32,000 nt of DNA from an archaeon. GTDB taxonomy: Archaea > Iainarchaeota > Iainarchaeia > Iainarchaeales > CSSED10-239. The stretch's first letter is position 1. Each line of letters begins with the position of its first letter. This document shows positions 8,624 through 15,738 of this stretch, piece after piece. The position numbers were made by a program, and so were the translations under genes. The notes beneath the pieces were generated by a model that ran no database searches, was not told the origin of the DNA, and saw only the letters and a list, made by a program, of their open reading frames with translations. Where the stretch lies: assembly GCA_035390665.1 (NCBI GenBank), contig DAOOUC010000004.1, positions 1 to 32,000 on the forward strand, given 5' to 3'.

Positions 8624-9619
8624 TTATAAAAAATTAGTAATTGTTATTTGGTTAAGGTCTTTTAATGGTCTTGACCAGATGCCTAATTCTTTTGTTATTG
8701 ATTTTGAGAATTCTTCTGCAAAGCCGTGCATTGTATAAACTTGCTTAGGATTAACTTCTCTAACAAATTCTAAAAGATCTTTATAATCACTATGGTCTGA
8801 AATAGGAATACATTTTCCTGAGCGATAGTGTTTCCAGCCAGTTGTTAAATAACTTGATACTTTTCTGTTTTGTTGATGTTCTAAACTTCTAATTAAATCT
8901 TTAGTTATAAGATTCATTGGAACAATTAATATATTGTGAGAATCAATATTGTGATCTAAAAGATCATATTTCCCTAAATTAATTTCAAAGTTTTCATAAA
9001 CTTTTGAAAATTCAAAAGCTTTATTTGTAATTAATGGAGTTTCTTCAAGATATTGATTTACAAATTTAATTAATTCTTGAGTCTTTCCTAGAGTGTACGC
9101 CCCAATTAATATTAATCTATTCTTTGAAATGTCTTTCTTTAACAGTTCAGCAAAATCAGAGTAGGTTTCTTCAACATCAGGAAAATTAAATTCTTTTCTA
9201 CCAAAGGTAGTTTCCATAATTAATACATCTGCTTGTCTTGGAAGTGCCCCAGAAAAAAGCAAAGAATCTCTTGCTCTAAAATCTCCTGTGTAAAGTACGG
9301 TGTTGTCTTTACTTTCAAAGTAAAACATCTTGCTACCCAAAATGTGTCCAGCATTAAGCGCTTGTACTTTTATGTTGTCTGTTAAATCTTGTGGTGCACA
9401 ATTAAGAAAAGAATAATCTAACTCTCTTGAAGTTTGAAGACCAATCAAAGCACTAGTTTCTTTTGTTGTAAATGTTTTTTGATTAGATATTGAAACATGA
9501 TCAGAGTGTGCGTGTGTTATTATATTATAATCGTCTTGTGATCCTATTTTTCCTTGATCTACATTTGCTTTTTGATTGTTGTCTATTATTGAAAAGCAAT
9601 TAGTGTAATTTAATTTCAT
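8624..9619 (-). CDS. Metallo-beta-lactamase fold nuclease, beta-CASP-like (COG1236-type)
   Basis: It has the HxHxDH motif (ITHAHSDH), GHILGS, the beta-CASP-like segment GAYTLGKTQELI, then ISDHSDYKDLLEFV and a terminal TMHGF. Confidence 0.7.
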   Translation of the reverse strand: MKLNYTNCFSIIDNNQKANVDQGKIGSQDDYNIITHAHSDHVSISNQKTFTTKETSALIGLQTSRELDYSFLNCAPQDLTDNIKVQALNAGHILGSKMFYFESKDNTVLYTGDFRARDSLLFSGALPRQADVLIMETTFGRKEFNFPDVEETYSDFAELLKKDISKNRLILIGAYTLGKTQELIKFVNQYLEETPLITNKAFEFSKVYENFEINLGKYDLLDHNIDSHNILIVPMNLITKDLIRSLEHQQNRKVSSYLTTGWKHYRSGKCIPISDHSDYKDLLEFVREVNPKQVYTMHGFAEEFSKSITKELGIWSRPLKDLNQITITNFL

Positions 9620-9717
9620 CTTATATTATTATCCCAACATTATTTTATAAAGATTTAGTTTAGAGGCAAAAAGCAACACATATATAAAGATTTTTTATTA
9701 TAAAATATATACTATTT

Positions 9718-9882
9718 GGGGATATAGGGTAGTCCGGTCTAGCCTAACGGGCTCCAGATTTTACAAATACAGGATGTTTTTTAAAGAACAAATGACTGAA
9801 AAATTTACAGGTATGCTAAGATTTATTTCTTAGAAAAAAAAGGAGATACCTGTTGACCTGGGTTCAAATCCCAGTGTCCCCA
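9718..9882 (+). tRNA. tRNA-Trp (anticodon CCA) with a 90-nt intron at the canonical 37/38 position
   Basis: Acceptor GGGGATA / TGTCCCC with discriminator A. D stem GGGT/GCCT. Anticodon stem ACGGG (9747-9751) / CCTGT (9849-9853). Anticodon CCA at 9754-9756. T arm CTGGG-TTCAAAT-CCCAG. The intron (9758..9847) is flanked by a textbook bulge-helix-bulge motif. A T-run follows the gene. Confidence 0.85.
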
Positions 9883-9889
9883 GATTTTT

Positions 9890-10336
9890 TTATTTAACAA
9901 AATTTAAAGCAAATTTTGCAAACCCAAATTTAATTTTTTTAAAGATTCCTCTAGATTGATAAGTAATTTCTTTATTTTTTAATGCAAGTTTTAATTCTGC
10001 GATTCTTTCATTAGAATTTAATATTCTATTTACTGCTTCTTCTTTAGCATATACAACTAATGTAGCTTTTTCATCTTCTTCAAAAGAATAAGACTCAATC
10101 ATTGCATTTTTCATTGTTAAAGTTATATGCCTTGTTTCTGTTTCTCCTATAACATAAACTAAAATCTTTTCACTTCCAACTAATGATTTGACTGATTTAG
10201 GAACATTATCTATATTTGCATTATATTCTGCAACTCCCGAATCAGGATTAGAAAACAGATAACCAATTGCAGAATCTTCTGCAAAAACAAGACTTATTAA
10301 CATAAATAAACTAATTAATACTAATATTTTTTTCAT
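9890..10336 (-). CDS. Hypothetical secreted protein (signal peptide)
   Basis: 148-aa ORF with an N-terminal signal-like sequence, MKKILVLISLFMLISLVFA. No family recognised. Confidence 0.5.
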   Translation of the reverse strand: MKKILVLISLFMLISLVFAEDSAIGYLFSNPDSGVAEYNANIDNVPKSVKSLVGSEKILVYVIGETETRHITLTMKNAMIESYSFEEDEKATLVVYAKEEAVNRILNSNERIAELKLALKNKEITYQSRGIFKKIKFGFAKFALNFVK

Positions 10337-10357
10337 AAATTTACACTCCTTTTATTT

Positions 10358-10915
10358 TTAAAAATCATTATCTGAAAATATAATCTTTGATTTTGACATC
10401 TTCTTATACATTTCAAATTCTAACTTATTTGATTTTGTTTCAAAAAACAAAATGTATGAACCTTCCCAAAATAAAAACCAGCTAACTGGTTCAATTATTA
10501 TAAAGAAAACATTCTGAGTATTAATTTTAAACAAATTAATTAAGAAATATTTAAAAAGAAGTAATATCAATCCAATAATTATAAGAGAAATACTTGTTAT
10601 TATTTGCTTTTTTCTTTCTTTATTTAATTTATTAAACTGTTTTTTAAAAAATTCTTCAATTCTTCTTTTAATTATTATTTCCATTCTTGGATTTCTGTGT
10701 TTCTCTAAAACAATCATTCTTAGTGTGACATCTTGGCAATGCCCTTCAGAGAATTCCCTTTTTAATTCTTGTATAAAATCATCTGATATTGCTCTTTGAT
10801 GATAAGGCTTATTATCAAAATCCGAAAATAAATCATCATAATGATTTAAATTAAACATTATTTCTTTTGTGCCTTTTTCTTTTGGCATAGTTTTTACTAA
10901 GTTTCCTAAACCCAT
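10358..10915 (-). CDS. Hypothetical membrane protein
   Basis: 185-aa ORF with a soluble charged N-terminal half and two C-terminal hydrophobic helices (ITSISLIIIGLILLLFKYFLI and FFIIIEPVSWFLFW). Confidence 0.5.
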   Translation of the reverse strand: MGLGNLVKTMPKEKGTKEIMFNLNHYDDLFSDFDNKPYHQRAISDDFIQELKREFSEGHCQDVTLRMIVLEKHRNPRMEIIIKRRIEEFFKKQFNKLNKERKKQIITSISLIIIGLILLLFKYFLINLFKINTQNVFFIIIEPVSWFLFWEGSYILFFETKSNKLEFEMYKKMSKSKIIFSDNDF

Positions 10916-11103
10916 CTATAATCACTTATCTTTCAATAATAATCTTTAAGTAATTGTTTTTAAAAATAGTGGTTTTTTGCAAAACAAAATTTAATTGTTA
11001 AATCTAATTTTCGCACTGGACAGCTACCCCCCCGAAAATGACCCCCTTTCTTAATTACATCAATATTAGTATCTGCCTAGAATATAAGAAAATTGTGGAA
11101 AAT

Positions 11104-12561
11104 ATGGAGAATAGATTGTGTTTATTAAATAGTGTCTATGATAAAGACAAAGCAAGAGTTGTACTTTACTTTGGTAAAGACCCCTTAAGTAATTCTTTTG
11201 ATTTTGTATATAAAAGTAATTTCTTTCCTTATTTTGTAATTGATCTAAAAAGCGAGCTTATTTGGGAATTGCTTTCTGAGTTTAAAAAGGATATATCTAT
11301 TAAATCTCTTGAAAATAAAACAAAGGTTCTTGCAAGAGATTTTGAAACCTTACAAAAAATTGGAAAGATTCTACAACAAGCAACTGGAAAAAATATAATA
11401 CTTATTGAGCCAGAAAGACAATTTCTTATAAAGAATAATTGGAGTTACTATGATTCTTTCTTTGTTTCTAAAGACAAAATAAGTAAAGTAAATAATGAAG
11501 ACTTTATTCATTTTGCAATAAATAATTATACCGGTCATCTTGAAGACAAAGAAAAAATAAAACTAATTGAGCCACTAACTAAAAAATTAATACTTAGTAA
11601 TATTCTAAGAATAAAACCTGAAGTTAATATTAAAAATGATCAGATACTAAATGCTCTTTTTGAAAACGAGTTTTTCTCTAATGAACTTATCTTACAAAAT
11701 ACAAATAATTTTTATTATCAAACAAAAGAATCATTTATTAAAGATCATATCAATCTAGACTTTTCAAATGTTTTACCATATCTCCTTACAAACAGATTTA
11801 ATAATATTGGTTATGAAACCTTAAATTGTTCTTGCTGTTCTCCTAAAGAAATATTTGAAGAAAATGTATTATCTTCTTCTCTTGTTAAAGTAGAGTTTAC
11901 TAAACACGGTTTTTATTTTATATCTTGTGATGATTCTTGGTCAAGAGAATATCATAATAGTCATGAAAAAAAAGAAAATAGAGAAAACTACAAGAAACAA
12001 AGCAGACTGCTTAAATGCCCTGTTGGTCCCTTTAACAAAGGAGAAACCGAATATATACTCTTAAGTGATGCGATTAAACTTCTTAAAGAAAAAGACATAA
12101 AGATACTTGATAATAAAGATAAGCTTTTATGGACCTGTAGAAAAAAAGAATCATTTGTTTCTAGAATAATTAATGATCTAATATCCAAGCAACAAAGAAT
12201 AGAAGAATCAATTAATATTAGTTCTATTGTAAGTTATTCTTCTGGAGATTTAAAAAATTCTATACATTTAGAAGAAAACCCTCTTTACCTTCAATATTTA
12301 ACAGAATATTCACTTATCAATTCCTTGATTGAAGAAATACCTAGATTCTTACAACATAAAAATACAAAGTTTTATTCTTATGAGATTGATAGCACAATAA
12401 AATCCATAAAATATAATACTTTGAATCAGATTAATAAAGAAGAAGAACTATTACTTGTTAATACCAACAACATACAACTTAGAAACAAGAAATTACTTTC
12501 AAAAATAAATCAGACATTTCCAAAAATGAATCTACCAATCCCAAGACTTGTTATTGGATAA
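11104..12561 (+). CDS. Degenerate, miniaturised family-B DNA polymerase-like protein (tentative)
   Basis: The ORF is robust (track 11038..12561). I start it at MENRLCLL. By-eye colinearity with remembered archaeal PolB sequences: N-terminus LLNSVYDKDKARVVLYF...FFPYFVIDL, then IEPERQFLIKNNW, an ExoI position reading FIHFAINNY (DxE lost), motif A-like LDFSNVLPYLLTNRFNNIGYETLNC, a finger-like SFVSRIINDLISKQQRIEE, and motif C position KFYSYEIDS (DTD becomes EID). The function call is tentative. Confidence 0.4.
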   Translation: MENRLCLLNSVYDKDKARVVLYFGKDPLSNSFDFVYKSNFFPYFVIDLKSELIWELLSEFKKDISIKSLENKTKVLARDFETLQKIGKILQQATGKNIILIEPERQFLIKNNWSYYDSFFVSKDKISKVNNEDFIHFAINNYTGHLEDKEKIKLIEPLTKKLILSNILRIKPEVNIKNDQILNALFENEFFSNELILQNTNNFYYQTKESFIKDHINLDFSNVLPYLLTNRFNNIGYETLNCSCCSPKEIFEENVLSSSLVKVEFTKHGFYFISCDDSWSREYHNSHEKKENRENYKKQSRLLKCPVGPFNKGETEYILLSDAIKLLKEKDIKILDNKDKLLWTCRKKESFVSRIINDLISKQQRIEESINISSIVSYSSGDLKNSIHLEENPLYLQYLTEYSLINSLIEEIPRFLQHKNTKFYSYEIDSTIKSIKYNTLNQINKEEELLLVNTNNIQLRNKKLLSKINQTFPKMNLPIPRLVIG

Positions 12562-12587
12562 AAAAATAGAAAAGTAAGTTAGAAAAC

Positions 12588-12866
12588 TTACTTATTTAAT
12601 TTGATTTCAATTGCTGAAACCTTCATTGGGGTGTTATTCTCTGTTGTTATTTCTTCTGTTGAAATTGATATGTCTGTTAATTTTACTGTGTTTACAAATT
12701 TATTCTTAACAATTTCTGCAACATCAACTGCTTTTGAGATTGTTTTTCCTCTTGCTTTTATAACAACTGAATTTGTGCCTTGGTTGAATTGTGTAATTAC
12801 AGCTAGAACATATGACATAGTTCCTTTCTTTCCTATATAGATTGTATTTCCTTCCATTTCGCTCAT
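12588..12866 (-). CDS. albA: Alba (Sac10b) DNA/RNA-binding protein
   Basis: 92-aa ORF. NTIYIGKKGTMSYVLAVITQFNQGTNSVVIKARGKTISKAVDVAEIVKNKF matches the Alba signature. Confidence 0.9.
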   Translation of the reverse strand: MSEMEGNTIYIGKKGTMSYVLAVITQFNQGTNSVVIKARGKTISKAVDVAEIVKNKFVNTVKLTDISISTEEITTENNTPMKVSAIEIKLNK

Positions 12867-12976
12867 AGTAATTTCTCCCCCTTTGTATTTAATAGGTATA
12901 TATAATGTTCTAACAAAATGTTTAAAAAGAGGTTTTTTATATATTTATATTAATTAATTTATTGGAGGGAATAATT

Positions 12977-13399
12977 ATGCCAAAAATAGAAGTGCATTGT
13001 GCAATATCAAAACAAAGAACAGGTAATGATTTTAAAGAACTACATGAATGGATTGATGAACCCGGAACAAAAAAAGGAGCACAATTCAGATTAGAAAGAC
13101 ACAAATATACAGAAGAAGATAGAGACTATATTAAGAAAATGTGGGATAAAAAATTAGGCCCTGGTTGGGGAAATAAAGCAATTGTTGAATGGTTGTTTCA
13201 TATTTCTATGGATTACCTAGATGTTGGTTTTAAACTTTCAAGTACAGTTTATCAAAACAATGAAAATAATGTTTTTATGTTTGGGTTTAATAATCAAGGC
13301 AACATACACACAAGTATCGGAACAATTGATAGAAAAGAACTAGATAAAATATCTAAAAGTTATAAATATGATCCAGAAGCAGACTTTGAATATTATTAA
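12977..13399 (+). CDS. Hypothetical protein
   Basis: An ATG at 12977 is preceded by GGAGGG (12964-12969). The track start at 12962 is TTG. The stop overlaps the convergent sufS-like stop. No family assigned. Confidence 0.55.
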   Translation: MPKIEVHCAISKQRTGNDFKELHEWIDEPGTKKGAQFRLERHKYTEEDRDYIKKMWDKKLGPGWGNKAIVEWLFHISMDYLDVGFKLSSTVYQNNENNVFMFGFNNQGNIHTSIGTIDRKELDKISKSYKYDPEADFEYY

Positions 13400-14595
13400 A
13401 TCATCTTTTTAATTTTTTTTAAAGTGTCTGCTAAATGATCTATTTCTTCTTTTGTATTATAGAAATACATTGAAGCTCTAACTAAACCGTCTTTATTAAG
13501 TCTAGAAACTATTGGTTCAGCACAATGCATTCCGGCCCTTGTTGCAATATTTCCGAACTCGTCTAAAAAAGAAGAAAGCTCTCTGGATTTTATCCCTTTC
13601 ATATCAAAAAGAACAATTGGTCCTTGGGTTTTAATGTTTTTTGGATTATAGATTGTAATTCCATCAATATTTAGTTTATCTAAAGCATAACTTAGAAGTT
13701 TTTTATCCTGATTTAAAATATTATCCATTCCTACTTTTTCAAGATAATCGACTGCGGCAAGAGTTCCAAAGGCCCCAGAGATATTAGGAGTTCCTGCTTC
13801 AAATTTATATGGTAAGCCATTCCATGTTGATTTTTCTAAAGTAACATGAGAAATCATATCTCCTCCAAATTTAACTGGAGAAAAATGTTTAAGATGTTTT
13901 CCTTTTGCAATCAACACTCCAACTCCTGTTGGCCCAAGCATCTTGTGCATGGTGCACACAAAGAAATCAACATTCATTTTCTTAAAATCAATTTTTTGAT
14001 GAGGTGCAGATTGTGAACCATCTACACAAATTAAAATATTTTTAGATTTTAAATAATCAACAATTTCTTTTACTGGTGCAATTGTTGCAATAGTGTTAGA
14101 TGTGTGCGCAAAAGTCACTAGTTTTGTTTTTGATGTTATTTTCTTTTTAAAATCTTCAAAATCAAAAGTAAAGTTTTTTTTAATTTCTACAAATCTTAAC
14201 TTAAGCCCAAGCTTTTGAGAAAGAAATTGCCAAGGAACAAGATTTGCATGATGCTCATAAACGGTTGTTAGAATCTCGTCTCCTTTCTTAAAATAATTAC
14301 TATTGTATAACATATACATTATTGTATTTAAAGAATCTGTGCTATTACTTGTAAGAATTATCTCTTTTGAAGAACAATTAAAGAACTTAGCTAATTCATT
14401 GTGACAATTCTCATAAACAACACTAGCTTCTTGAGAGAGCTTATATACTCCTCTGTGAATATTAACCGGACATTCTTTATAATAGTAATTCATGGCGTCA
14501 ATTACTGTTTTAGGCTTAAGGCTTGTTGCTCCATTATCCAAATAAATGGTTTTTTCTAAAACCGGAAAGTCTTTTCTGTATTTTTCAATAGTCAT
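13396..14595 (-). CDS. sufS: Cysteine desulfurase, class V aminotransferase (SufS/CsdA-like)
   Basis: PLP-lysine context FVCTMHKMLGPTGVGVL, active-site cysteine loop ATRAGMHCAEP, and N-terminal YRKDFPVLEKTIYLDNGATS. I chose the start at MTIEKYRKDFP. The track ORF extends to 14664. Confidence 0.85.
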   Translation of the reverse strand: MTIEKYRKDFPVLEKTIYLDNGATSLKPKTVIDAMNYYYKECPVNIHRGVYKLSQEASVVYENCHNELAKFFNCSSKEIILTSNSTDSLNTIMYMLYNSNYFKKGDEILTTVYEHHANLVPWQFLSQKLGLKLRFVEIKKNFTFDFEDFKKKITSKTKLVTFAHTSNTIATIAPVKEIVDYLKSKNILICVDGSQSAPHQKIDFKKMNVDFFVCTMHKMLGPTGVGVLIAKGKHLKHFSPVKFGGDMISHVTLEKSTWNGLPYKFEAGTPNISGAFGTLAAVDYLEKVGMDNILNQDKKLLSYALDKLNIDGITIYNPKNIKTQGPIVLFDMKGIKSRELSSFLDEFGNIATRAGMHCAEPIVSRLNKDGLVRASMYFYNTKEEIDHLADTLKKIKKMI

Positions 14596-14730
14596 ATAAC
14601 CACATTTATTAAATATACCCTTACATTTATATATTAGCAATCTTTTTAAATAAATATGGGACAATATATATTATATAGAGTGACCTAAAATTAGGCTCTT
14701 TTTTTAATATTTACTAAAAAATGATTTATT

Positions 14731-15012
14731 ATGAAGATACCAAAAACAATTAAAACATACTGTAAAAAATGTAAGAAACACGAAGAACATAAGCTTTCAC
14801 CATATAAAGCAAGAGGAGCAAGAAAGTTATCTCTTGGAACCAGAAAAAATGTTAGAAAACATAAGACAGGTTACGGTGGAATGGCTAAACACATTGCAAC
14901 AGTTAAGAAACAGAATAAAAAACCTGTGTTTACTGCTGAATGTTTAGTATGTAAAGCAAAACACTATTTTGTAATACCAAAGAAAATGAAGAAAACTGAG
15001 TTTAACGCTTAG
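14731..15012 (+). CDS. rpl44e: Ribosomal protein L44e (eL42)
   Basis: 93-aa basic ORF with two CxxC pairs (YCKKCKKH ... CLVCKAKH) and KRKQSGYGG-like HKTGYGGMAK. Confidence 0.9.
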   Translation: MKIPKTIKTYCKKCKKHEEHKLSPYKARGARKLSLGTRKNVRKHKTGYGGMAKHIATVKKQNKKPVFTAECLVCKAKHYFVIPKKMKKTEFNA

Positions 15013-15060
15013 ATTTCTTTTCTTTAATATTTTTAAATTCATCTATAGTATATTTATACT

Positions 15061-15738
15061 ATGGAATTTGACACAATATATAAATTTGTGGCTGCAACTT
15101 TTGCCTTAGCCTACTTTATAGGATTAATTACAGGAATTATTTCTGTTGGCCTAGGGTCTACAAATTTTCAAGAAGCAGATATTGCTAAGTCTTTTTATTT
15201 AACTGGACCAATTAGTTTTAAATTATTATTTAATGAAACAATAGATACTTGTTTAAAAATTTCAATATTGCCTTTTTCTTATTTAATTGTTGGAATAAAC
15301 TATGGATTTACACATGCAATTCACATTCTTTCTCCTTTCTTAGGACAAATAAAATTAGCAGTATTATTAATTCCAGAAATGTTTTATTTCTTATCCTATA
15401 TTTTGTTTTCTGCAATTGGATTAAAATTAATTGCGACAATTGTTTTATTTATTGTAAATAACTGGATTTTAAAAGAAAAAAAAATAAAATTAGAGCAAAC
15501 CATTTTACGAAAAGAAGATGTTTTTTTAATATATCTTGGATTAATTTCTATATTTCTTGGAACAATAATTCAGATTTACCTTTCAAAAGTATTTTTTATA
15601 TTTTTAATTAATTTTCAGTTAATTACATATATATTAATTGTTTTAATATATGTAGCTATAATTTCTTTATCATTCTATATTTTATATAACACAATACAAT
15701 CTTTAATAAAAATATTTAATAAAAGTGAAAAATTATGA
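15061..15738 (+). CDS. Polytopic membrane protein (5-6 hydrophobic helices), possibly SpoIIM/DUF95-like
   Basis: 225-aa ORF that is almost entirely hydrophobic. LLIPEMFYFLSYILFSAIGL resembles the SpoIIM-family PE motif, but the match is weak. Its stop TGA overlaps the ATG of the downstream ATPase (ATGA at 15735-15738). Confidence 0.6.
   Translation: MEFDTIYKFVAATFALAYFIGLITGIISVGLGSTNFQEADIAKSFYLTGPISFKLLFNETIDTCLKISILPFSYLIVGINYGFTHAIHILSPFLGQIKLAVLLIPEMFYFLSYILFSAIGLKLIATIVLFIVNNWILKEKKIKLEQTILRKEDVFLIYLGLISIFLGTIIQIYLSKVFFIFLINFQLITYILIVLIYVAIISLSFYILYNTIQSLIKIFNKSEKL

Noticed and set aside
9758-9847. Confident call of a box C/D sRNA inside the tRNA-Trp intron
   Set aside because: There is no consensus C box (RUGAUGA), and the only CUGA is fused to an AUGA (9792-9799). 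The putative D box CTAA is part of a local hairpin stem. I keep it only as a hypothesis in the findings and do not annotate it as a feature.
5092-11033. The 5.9-kb segment bounded by the inverted 14-mers, considered as a mobile or integrated element (it also contains a tRNA gene)
   Set aside because: The content is housekeeping (htpX, a secretion-family ATPase, a beta-CASP nuclease, tRNA-Trp), with no integrase, transposase or direct-repeat att duplication of the tRNA 3' end. A 13/14 match could arise by chance. A regulatory motif is the more conservative reading.
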